A DNA stretch of 64,000 nt from the NCBI GenBank assembly GCA_903933385.1, contig CAIZJW010000129.1, positions 22,207-86,206 of the forward strand. The letters are read 5' to 3'. Below, piece after piece: positions 17,028 to 24,868 of this stretch; the stretch's first letter is position 1; the number at the start of each line of letters is the position of its first letter. This DNA is from an uncultured Silvanigrella sp. (GTDB lineage Bacteria > Bdellovibrionota_B > Oligoflexia > Silvanigrellales > Silvanigrellaceae). The notes beneath the pieces were generated by a model, which was given only the letters and a program-made list of their open reading frames with translations, made no database searches and had not been told where the DNA came from. The position numbers and the translations under genes were made by a program.

Positions 17028-19193
17028 ATGATCAGCACAAAACAAAATTTGTATAAACTCGGCGCTGCCTACTATCCCGACTACATCTCGAGCGAGAAAA
17101 CACTCACCAGACGAGTTGAAACTGGAAAAATTGAATTTCTCAGCAACAAAGAAAGACTCGTTGAAGATTTCAAAAGAATGGTTAAGCAGGGAATTCATAC
17201 AATTCGAATGGGTGAATTCAGTTGGGCCAGCGTTGAGCCAACCCCCGGGCAATGGAAGCCCGAAGTATTCTCGGATGCTCTCGACCTTGCGCACAAACAC
17301 AATATTGAAGTCATTTTCTGCACACCCACGGCCACTCCTCCAAAATGGCTGATTGATGCGCACCCTGACATTTTACCCATCACTCGCACCGGACAAACAA
17401 TCCCATTCGGTTCGCGGCGCCACTATGACTTCCATCACCCCGAGTTCCAGAAAGAAAGCCGTCGCATCACCGAGCTCTTTGCAAAAACATTTGGTTCACA
17501 TCCTGCCTTAAAGGCGTGGCAAACTGATAACGAATTTGGCTGTCACAATTCGGTTTTTTTATTCACGAAAAACGCGAAGATTGCTTTTAGAAAGTGGTTG
17601 GAAAGAAAATTTAAAGGCGAAATCGAAGCTCTGAATGAAAATTGGTTCACATGCTTCTGGTCACAACACTATCGCAGCTTCGAAGAAATTGAATTGCCAA
17701 TGGCATCCTGGGCCGATCAGAACCCGCACCTTGAACTCGACTTCCGCCGTTTCAGTAATGAAGCGCTTTGCGAGTTCCAGAGAGAACAAATAAATATAAT
17801 CCGCAAACACAGCCCCGAGCGACCTATCACTCATAATCTAATGACACTCTTCACTGATCTTTGCCCGTGGATGGCGGCAAAAGACCTCGACACTGTTGGG
17901 TTCGATCATTATCAGATGGAGTCGGATCCTCATCCCATGACTTCCGCATGGCAATTCGCTCTCATGCGATCCGCTCTTCAAAAGCATTTTATTATCTTGG
18001 AACAACAACCTCTGCAGGTGAACTGGCAAGCCACCAACAGACGTTTTTCATTCGATTGGCTTCTACTTTGGGGTATGCAATCTGCATTTCAAGGTGCAGC
18101 TGGAATGCTGTATTTCAGCTGGCAGCGCATGCCAGGTGGATGTGAGCAATACCATGATGGCGTTGTTCCCCATGACGTGCGCATTGAACAGTCCCAACAG
18201 GAAAAGCTTATTGCTGCGAAAAACGTAATTTTTGCCAAGCTCAAAGATGAGTTTCAATTCTCCAGTGAAATCCCATTGCCAGCGCGAGACGTTTTGTGTC
18301 TACATGATTCAGAAAGCCTCTGGAGTCATGAAATAACATCTCAGAGCGTTACTTATTCAACCCGCAAGCAAATCGATCACATCACGCAGTTCTGTGCTCA
18401 AAATGCCTGGGGACTCTGGTTTACACCTGCCCTTGAGGCTGAGAAAGATCGAATTCATTCCTATAAACTCATCATCCTTCCTGGACATGCATTTGAACTC
18501 ACTGACCAAGAGCGCAATTTACTTAAAAAGTTTCGCAGTCAGGGCGGACGCGTTCTTTCGCTTCCAAGAACGGGCTATAAACTTCGAAACAACAAATTGA
18601 GCCCGCTGCCAGCAGTCTTTTATTCCGCTGACGATTTTTACCTTGACGATTATGGAGCACTTCTTGAGAGCGAAAGTGAAGTGTGTGACCTCACCGATTC
18701 ATCACTGGGAGCCTGCATCGAGGGGCACCTTTGGTCGGAGAAGATTAAAGTTCTCAATGCAAATTGGAAAACTGAAGCAACATTCTCATCCAAATCAATC
18801 TTTGCGGGTGCCCCAGCCGTCCTTAAACTCAAGGAGGACAGCACACATGGTCCCCACGTTCATTTAGCGACCTGCCCAGTACCCAAAAAGGAAACCCTGT
18901 CAGCACTGCGCAAAATCCTTGAAATGCCTGCAACAGCAAAGGCCAATTCTGCCGACCTGCAACTCCAAATTCTCAGTGACAACGAAAGGAAATTTTTGTC
19001 GGGAGTCCACTTTGGACAACACACCACGTCAATCAATCTTCAACGTCAACAGCGAGTTCTCAAATCTCTGATAATCAGACTCGATCGAAACCTCGAGGCG
19101 AACATTGAACCGCTCTTGGTTGATGAAAATAATGTTCTCGCAATTCCAGGGCGCACGGCCGTGTTCATAGAACTTGCCAATGAAGGCACATAG
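17028..19193 (+). CDS. Beta-galactosidase, glycoside hydrolase family 42 type, cytoplasmic
   Basis: GAAYYPDY..HTIRMGEFSWASVEPTPGQW, acid/base motif WQTDNEFG and nucleophile motif ILEQQP..VNW, as in GH42 enzymes. No signal peptide. Start at ATG 17028 after AAAGG. Confidence 0.8.
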   Translation: MISTKQNLYKLGAAYYPDYISSEKTLTRRVETGKIEFLSNKERLVEDFKRMVKQGIHTIRMGEFSWASVEPTPGQWKPEVFSDALDLAHKHNIEVIFCTPTATPPKWLIDAHPDILPITRTGQTIPFGSRRHYDFHHPEFQKESRRITELFAKTFGSHPALKAWQTDNEFGCHNSVFLFTKNAKIAFRKWLERKFKGEIEALNENWFTCFWSQHYRSFEEIELPMASWADQNPHLELDFRRFSNEALCEFQREQINIIRKHSPERPITHNLMTLFTDLCPWMAAKDLDTVGFDHYQMESDPHPMTSAWQFALMRSALQKHFIILEQQPLQVNWQATNRRFSFDWLLLWGMQSAFQGAAGMLYFSWQRMPGGCEQYHDGVVPHDVRIEQSQQEKLIAAKNVIFAKLKDEFQFSSEIPLPARDVLCLHDSESLWSHEITSQSVTYSTRKQIDHITQFCAQNAWGLWFTPALEAEKDRIHSYKLIILPGHAFELTDQERNLLKKFRSQGGRVLSLPRTGYKLRNNKLSPLPAVFYSADDFYLDDYGALLESESEVCDLTDSSLGACIEGHLWSEKIKVLNANWKTEATFSSKSIFAGAPAVLKLKEDSTHGPHVHLATCPVPKKETLSALRKILEMPATAKANSADLQLQILSDNERKFLSGVHFGQHTTSINLQRQQRVLKSLIIRLDRNLEANIEPLLVDENNVLAIPGRTAVFIELANEGT

Positions 19194-19335
19194 GATGTGC
19201 AAAAAAATCGGTTAAAATAACATTATGAAAAAAATTAAACCATTGATTATATTATATTTTTATTAGAAAATTAAAGGTGCACAAAAAACCTCCGATATAT
19301 CTATTAACGCCACCAAGGCGTTCTAGGAGGTCACT

Positions 19336-20382
19336 ATGAAAAAGCACCTACAGCTCCTTATCCTTTCCGCACCTCTCGCCAGTCTCGCTGCTTGTGGGAC
19401 GAATCAGACACTAGAGCAAGCCCTGAATGATCAGGAAAACTCACTGATGTCACAAGCCGCGCTTTCAGAAGAGCCAGAAGAACTCGTGGCTGATCAGATT
19501 GAAGATCTCTCTGGAGCACTCTCTTTGGAGGATGAAGGCTCTGGAGGTTTCGCTTCTTCACTTGGTCTGACGCAAAATAAGGAATCTTCAAGCGAAAAGT
19601 CATGCTCCACGATCTCTGGAATTCTCACCTACAAAAAATCTAGCTCACGGGAAAAAGAGATTGATAAGAGCGTGCGAAAAGGCCGAGTTGAGCGCTTCCA
19701 TTCACGTGAGAGCTCCTTTGAGCGGATCTATTTTCCAGCTCAAGGAAACGAGCTTGCCATGGAGTGCAATTCATCCAGCGGACCTGTCAGATTAATAAAG
19801 GAGAAGCTATCCGCAGTTCAGGGAACTAAGATTGAAGCAAAATTCCAATCCAAGAAGGAGTCTTCTTTAAAGCTCGATGGAGCGGTGAAAGTTTCACGAA
19901 GCGTTAAAACTGAAGGTTTGCGGACAATTGAATTTACTGCAGCCTCTGAAAGTGGTGATGTAATCGTGCTAGGAAAAACAATCACAATCAACTCTTCTTC
20001 AGAGGTCAGTAAAATTGAAAAAGGTTTGCCAAATGAAGAAAAGAATAGCTACGCAACGATCAAAGAGGCCCCTCTCATTGTGGAGGTAGCCCGCACTGCA
20101 AAGGATGGCAAACTCATTCACAAACTCATCAAATCTGGACACGTCCAGATCGTCAGAGGCGAAGACAGAAAAATAGACATTGTTTATGAACAAGTGAAGT
20201 TTTCAGCCCAATGCAAGCCAGTCAGCGGAAGGCTCTTAGTGAGTAGGGTTGATCCCGCTGATGCGACAGCAGTCAGCTTGAGCATCAGCTTCAAAGATGG
20301 CGAGGCTTTTGTATCGCGCAATGGCAGCGGAGAGAAGAAAATGGATTCACTCAACCTAAGGTTAGAGGACTGCCGAAAATAA
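19336..20382 (+). CDS. Lipoprotein, function unknown
   Basis: Strong RBS AGGAGG at 19325-19330. MKKHLQLLILSAPLASLAAC is a signal peptide plus lipobox. Acidic Ser/Glu-rich linker followed by a beta-rich body. No recognisable family. Confidence 0.7.
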   Translation: MKKHLQLLILSAPLASLAACGTNQTLEQALNDQENSLMSQAALSEEPEELVADQIEDLSGALSLEDEGSGGFASSLGLTQNKESSSEKSCSTISGILTYKKSSSREKEIDKSVRKGRVERFHSRESSFERIYFPAQGNELAMECNSSSGPVRLIKEKLSAVQGTKIEAKFQSKKESSLKLDGAVKVSRSVKTEGLRTIEFTAASESGDVIVLGKTITINSSSEVSKIEKGLPNEEKNSYATIKEAPLIVEVARTAKDGKLIHKLIKSGHVQIVRGEDRKIDIVYEQVKFSAQCKPVSGRLLVSRVDPADATAVSLSISFKDGEAFVSRNGSGEKKMDSLNLRLEDCRK

Positions 20383-20414
20383 TCAGCAGATCACCACTTT
20401 CCCCTCCCCGCTTC

Positions 20415-20446
20415 GAGTGTGACTAGAATGGTCACACTCTTTTTTT
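20415..20446 (+). terminator. Rho-independent terminator downstream of the 19336-20382 lipoprotein gene
   Basis: Perfect 9-bp stem GAGTGTGAC / GTCACACTC with a 7-nt loop, followed by a T7 run (20440-20446). Confidence 0.8.
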
Positions 20447-20448
20447 AC

Positions 20449-21597
20449 TCAGTTTGCTTTCGAGGGATTAGCGCTCAAACGCTCAAGCTCAACTGCAATT
20501 GCGCTTGAGAGATTCGCCGGCGAGCCAACTTTTCTGTTGTTCACAAAGAAAGTGGGCGTTGCGCTCACTCCAGCGGCTGTCAGTTTTGCATTTGCTGATT
20601 CAATCGCTTTTTTGGACTCCTCTGAGGCGAGGCAGGTCTCAAAAACCTTCACATCAATACCCGAATCTTGGGCTGCCTTAAGTGCAGTGTCAGCGTAGGC
20701 TTTTTCGGTGTTAGGCGAAATTGGATTGGCAGCTTCAAGCGGAACAGCAAACGCCTTCTCATGAAATTTCCAGAACTGCTCATTTCCTTGCTTGCCAGCG
20801 CACCAGGCTCCACGTGCGAGTGCACCACTCAGACCGGTTGGCCGCAAGGCGAAATTAGCCTGGACGAATTTAATTTTACTTCCGTATTCTTTAACGAGCT
20901 TTTCAGTGCTCTCAACGGCATCCCGACAGTGGGTGCAAAGATAATCGGATGCTTCAACAACAACAACCTTAGCTGTTTCGGATCCTTTGAAAGGAAGACC
21001 AGCTAAATCGAGATTCACAAGCGGCGCCACGGGGGCTTTCATGAGAATCTTAAGGCGACCTTTTTCTTCAAACTTAGCTACTTCTTGGCGAACCTGCTCG
21101 CCCATTTGTTGACCTTGCATAAATTGCTCAAGCTGCGGCCGCACCTGCTCGAAAGTGGTTCCTGGCGGTAGGCTTTTCTTATTTTCTTCAAAAAAAGCCT
21201 TCATGTCGGCTTCAGTGACCTTCTTCGGTTCCATCAAAGTCTTCAGGTCAGGAAGTTCCTTTCCAGAACCGACGTCAATTTTTTTATCTTTTGCTAGGGC
21301 AAAACGCAGGGCTACTTCTTTAACGAGATTTGCTGAGGCATCGTGCAACTGACTCTGCATTTGAAAGAGCTGATCTTGCATTTCTGTTGAAAGATCTTCT
21401 CTCGTGTATTGTTTTCCATCAACCTCAAACAACGCCGCAGTCTGGCTGGTAGCACCATCGACCGAGCAGGATCCTGAACTCGCCGAAGTTGTCCGGCTTG
21501 CGTTATTCTTAAGAACGGTTGAAGTCACAGCAACCCCAACAGCAGCCCCGAGACACACGCCACCCAACAGAACTCCAACGACCTTAGCATTCGACAT
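20449..21597 (-). CDS. DsbA-family thiol:disulfide oxidoreductase with an N-terminal membrane anchor and a helical extension
   Basis: N-terminal TM segment (VVGVLLGGVCLGAAVGVAV). Thioredoxin-fold domain with a CxxC motif (EASDYLCTHCRDAV) and C-terminal ..ATPTFFVNNRKV, typical of DsbA-like proteins. Confidence 0.75.
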   Translation of the reverse strand: MSNAKVVGVLLGGVCLGAAVGVAVTSTVLKNNASRTTSASSGSCSVDGATSQTAALFEVDGKQYTREDLSTEMQDQLFQMQSQLHDASANLVKEVALRFALAKDKKIDVGSGKELPDLKTLMEPKKVTEADMKAFFEENKKSLPPGTTFEQVRPQLEQFMQGQQMGEQVRQEVAKFEEKGRLKILMKAPVAPLVNLDLAGLPFKGSETAKVVVVEASDYLCTHCRDAVESTEKLVKEYGSKIKFVQANFALRPTGLSGALARGAWCAGKQGNEQFWKFHEKAFAVPLEAANPISPNTEKAYADTALKAAQDSGIDVKVFETCLASEESKKAIESANAKLTAAGVSATPTFFVNNRKVGSPANLSSAIAVELERLSANPSKAN

Positions 21598-21618
21598 AAA
21601 AACCCTTTCTTGGTTTCT

Positions 21619-22152
21619 TTATTCATTCACCTGAATATCCGAGTCATCAGACACTGCGGAATGCAAGGTGAGAATCATTGCAGGATTTAGCTCCAAAACT
21701 GTTTGAGCAATATTATAGGGTAGAATCACAAATTCATCTACCTGCTCATACACGCGACCAATTGCCATTCTTCCCCTCGCTAACATCTCACGTTGCCAAG
21801 GAGTGACCTGGACCTTACGAACGAAACGATTGCTCTCAAGGAAGTAATAGTTATCGCGTGCCGCTCTCTCATTGACTGCATTTGATTTCATCAACTGCAC
21901 GCAGCGCAGCATGCCTTCACGCTCGAGACGCTTCTGCTCTCGCTGCAGATTCAACTCAAAGTCAGCTTTTTGCTTCGCAGCGCGTTCCTCTTCGAGCCGA
22001 CGTAGCTCTTCGTCGCGTTGGGCTTCCAGCTCTTTGGCAACAACTTTACTCTTCTTAGCTTGATGCTCTTGAAACTTGGTTTGAGTATCAGCCTGCTTTG
22101 CTTGCTTCTTGGATACCAATCCAGCTTTCAAAAGTTGATCACGAAGACTCAT
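21619..22152 (-). CDS. DUF2058 (YaiL-like) protein
   Basis: From ATG 22152 (RBS GGAGGG) the protein starts MSLRDQLLKAGLVSKKQAKQA.., then a Lys/Glu/Arg-rich helical middle. This matches the E. coli YaiL-type N-terminus (..LQEQLLKAGLV..) from memory. Confidence 0.65.
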   Translation of the reverse strand: MSLRDQLLKAGLVSKKQAKQADTQTKFQEHQAKKSKVVAKELEAQRDEELRRLEEERAAKQKADFELNLQREQKRLEREGMLRCVQLMKSNAVNERAARDNYYFLESNRFVRKVQVTPWQREMLARGRMAIGRVYEQVDEFVILPYNIAQTVLELNPAMILTLHSAVSDDSDIQVNE

Positions 22153-22365
22153 GAGGCACCCTCCGACAACCCTTTTGGGTGTTCGGTTAAACCACAAATG
22201 CGCAAATACGAATAGACTCCACGTGTGGTGCTTCTCAATCATCCCAGACGCTACATATAGGGCGCACTCGGTGATTCATTGAAAATCCAAATCCTGCCTG
22301 AATTAAAAAAATAAACACTGTATTTCTAGAATCTTACAAGAGTGAAATGAAGTAAAAAAAATCAC

Positions 22366-22388
22366 TTATCCACATCTTTCGTGGATAA
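22366..22388. promoter_or_regulatory. Inverted pair of DnaA-box-like 9-mers
   Basis: TTATCCACA at 22366-22374 is a perfect consensus DnaA box. CGTGGATAA at 22380-22388 equals TTATCCACG on the other strand (8/9). Together they form the palindrome TTATCCAC-N7-GTGGATAA. Weaker TTATCC-type sites are at 22409-22417 and about 22430. An AT-rich tract lies immediately upstream (22295-22365). Confidence 0.45.
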
Positions 22389-22523
22389 CCTGTCAAGGTT
22401 CAACCGCTTTATCCTTGCTATCCCAGCGTCTATCCGTTTTGCCTGCTAAAGTTGCACGGCATTTTGATTTAAAAACGGATATTATGAGAGGAGACCTAAT
22501 GCGACACACTGAACGAGGGAGTC

Positions 22524-23036
22524 ATGACTCACCCGAGCACATTAAAGTACGACAATCTTCAAATCAGAATTGAAGGCCAAGCACCTGAAACACTCCATGT
22601 TTGGTTCGACGGCGAGATTCATGAAAATTTCAAATCACAGTTAATTGCACTTCCCTCAGCTCATTCTTATGTATTCAACTTATCAGGCCTGCGTTCGATA
22701 AATTCTTTGGGCATAAGAGAGTGGTCACACTTTTTGCTTTCATTAACGCAAAAATCACATGTGACGTTGGAAGAGTGTTCAGTCGTTTTCATTGATCAGG
22801 CAAACATTGTTCCCCAAATAATTGCAAATTCAAAGGTAATTTCATTTTTTGCACCGTATTATTGCCCACAATGCAATATCGAACTGAACTGTAAGCTCTC
22901 GATTGCCAATCATCGTAAAAAGCTTTCAGAAAGACGAGCCCCACAGATCATTCACAGCTGTGGTGCGGAGTTGCAATTCGATGCGCTCGAGGAAAGCTAT
23001 TTTTTCAATATCGACAAACTCGTGGGCGAAAAATGA
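22524..23036 (+). CDS. Hypothetical protein, STAS-like N-terminal part plus Cys/His C-terminal motif
   Basis: 170 aa. FNLSGLRSINSLGIREWSHFL resembles the STAS/anti-sigma-antagonist core. The C-terminal YYCPQCN...HSCG could be a small zinc ribbon. The stop overlaps the next ATG (ATGA). Function not established. Confidence 0.45.
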   Translation: MTHPSTLKYDNLQIRIEGQAPETLHVWFDGEIHENFKSQLIALPSAHSYVFNLSGLRSINSLGIREWSHFLLSLTQKSHVTLEECSVVFIDQANIVPQIIANSKVISFFAPYYCPQCNIELNCKLSIANHRKKLSERRAPQIIHSCGAELQFDALEESYFFNIDKLVGEK

Positions 23037-23878
23037 AATCCACCGAACAAAAAATTTATGGCCGCAATGCTTGTCTATCATTTGCAAAATCGTCGCCTAA
23101 AACCGTTATCCGGGCCTACTGCACAGAAGAGAATCGCGGCCGATTGGGCTCTCTGTTAAAATTTCTTGCCTCACAAAAACGCGCCTATCATATCGTTTCG
23201 AGCGATGACTTGAATAAGATATGCGAATCTGAGCACCATGAAGGCGTCTGTTTGCTTGTTGAAAGAATGCAGCCAGGCGATGAAACACAACTTCTGAAAG
23301 ATATACAGGCAGAACCGAAAATCGGCTCAAATTTGCTGCTTTGTCTCGATGGAATCACCAACCCACATAATTTAGGCGCCATTACGAGAACCGCGGCTCA
23401 CTTTGGAATCAAGAAGATATTCTTGTGCAACATTCCGGTTGAATCGCAAAAATCATTGGTCTCTGGGGCGTTTCATAGAACTGCGGAGGGTGGAGCAGTC
23501 CATGTGGAACTCTATTGCAGCGCAGAGGGAAAATCAGCGCTTGAAGCTTTAAAAAAACAACATGGCTGGAATGTTTTTGCCACTTCTAGTTACGGCCGCA
23601 GCCAATCGCTGCACAAAATCTCATTCCCTCAAAAATTAATCTTGGTGATGGGTTCAGAATCCCAAGGCGTCAGTGATTCTATTTTACAAATTGCAGACTC
23701 AAAGGTTTGCATAAACGGCACTGGCCACGTTGAGAGCCTCAACGTGGCCAGTGCGACTGCCATTCTTCTGAACGAATATGCAAGGCAGAAAGAGAATTAT
23801 CGTTCGGCTGTGTCTCGACCAACAGCCATTCCAACACGCGCTGTGCGCGCCGAAGGAAGAAACCGCAAAGGATCTTGA
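23033..23878 (+). CDS. TrmH/SpoU-family RNA 2'-O-methyltransferase (RlmB-like)
   Basis: SpoU motifs LCLDGITNPHNLGAITRTAAHFG, LVMGSESQGVS and INGTGHVESLNVASATAILLNEY. Confidence 0.8.
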   Translation: MKSTEQKIYGRNACLSFAKSSPKTVIRAYCTEENRGRLGSLLKFLASQKRAYHIVSSDDLNKICESEHHEGVCLLVERMQPGDETQLLKDIQAEPKIGSNLLLCLDGITNPHNLGAITRTAAHFGIKKIFLCNIPVESQKSLVSGAFHRTAEGGAVHVELYCSAEGKSALEALKKQHGWNVFATSSYGRSQSLHKISFPQKLILVMGSESQGVSDSILQIADSKVCINGTGHVESLNVASATAILLNEYARQKENYRSAVSRPTAIPTRAVRAEGRNRKGS

Positions 23879-24555
23879 GGGACACCCCCAGCGACGCGTG
23901 TTTCAAAGTGGAGATGATAACCGGTGGCCCGACCACTCCGGCCCACATAACCAAGTAGTTCGCCAGCTCTCACGAATTGTCCTTCGCGGACAGCCAAACG
24001 AAGCATGTGCGCATAGAGAGTTTGAGTGTCGTGGTCGTGCCCAACAATGGCGACAACCCCGTAAGCTCTTTTTCTCTTCGCCAATAAAACCTGCCCATCT
24101 GCCGCGGCTATAATTGGATCACCCTTGAGTCCCTTGATGTCGACACCCGCGTGAAGGCGGCCACGTCTCATTCCAAACGGGCTCGTTACGTTTCCATCCA
24201 GCGGCCAGCTTAGGTCGACGGGAAAGAGCTTGGAGGTCATCATTTCCGACGCTTGCCCACCAGTGCTGAGCTCGATGGAGACATCAGCCTCTTCAGAAGC
24301 AGACTCTATCATTGGTCCGTCGGTGACGTCCTGGCCATTGGCTTTCTCGGCAGCAGCCTGATCATCGAAACCAAAAAAACGACTTTCAACTTGCCGCTGT
24401 CGCGACAAGAATACCGGATCGAGTTGCACCACCTCTGAAGATTCCGCGATTGAACCACGCAGAAAAAGCTCAGAAGTTTCGCGTTTTGCGATGCAGCCGA
24501 CGGAGGCCAAAACGGCCACGGTCGAAACACATCTACTCACACGAGACAAAAACAT
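23797..24555 (-). CDS. M23-family metallopeptidase (lipoprotein)
   Basis: Signal peptide plus lipobox (..VAVLASVGC). M23 motifs HAGVDI (HxxxD) and GYHLHFE (HxH). The 3' end overlaps the convergent TrmH-family gene by 82 nt. Confidence 0.85.
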   Translation of the reverse strand: MFLSRVSRCVSTVAVLASVGCIAKRETSELFLRGSIAESSEVVQLDPVFLSRQRQVESRFFGFDDQAAAEKANGQDVTDGPMIESASEEADVSIELSTGGQASEMMTSKLFPVDLSWPLDGNVTSPFGMRRGRLHAGVDIKGLKGDPIIAAADGQVLLAKRKRAYGVVAIVGHDHDTQTLYAHMLRLAVREGQFVRAGELLGYVGRSGRATGYHLHFETRVAGGVPQDPLRFLPSARTARVGMAVGRDTAER

Positions 24556-24868
24556 TTCATTCTCCCGTCATATAGACAGCTGGCGTTCAAACCACACAAT
24601 TTCAGCAACTGCTTCAATCTCGCGGTTATTGGTGGCTCGGTTGAAACCGACACACACTTGAACGACTGCCGTCAAATTCGGAACAAGCAATTAAAGAAGC
24701 CAATGCAGCGCTCTTTTGGTTGCTCAGTCAGTCCTAAAACCCTAGAACGATTCGCTGGCTGTTGCAACCCACGGAATGGACTGAAATTTTAGTCGGTTAT
24801 AGATTTTTGGCGGTTTGGATAGTTTTTTCCCATGATGTCAAGCTGCAGTTTTAGCTTAAAAATGCAGC

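Noticed and set aside
19225-19266. 13-codon mini-ORF (MKKIKPLIILYFY) as a leader peptide gene
   Set aside because: It has no Shine-Dalgarno sequence and lies in an AT-rich tract where short ORFs arise by chance. It is mentioned only within the AT-island finding.
22153-22523. Calling this region the chromosomal origin (oriC)
   Set aside because: There is only one perfect and one near-perfect DnaA box plus weak sites. No dnaA or dnaN is nearby, and no skew analysis is possible from a 64-kb window. It is kept as a finding about DnaA-box-like sites, not annotated as oriC.
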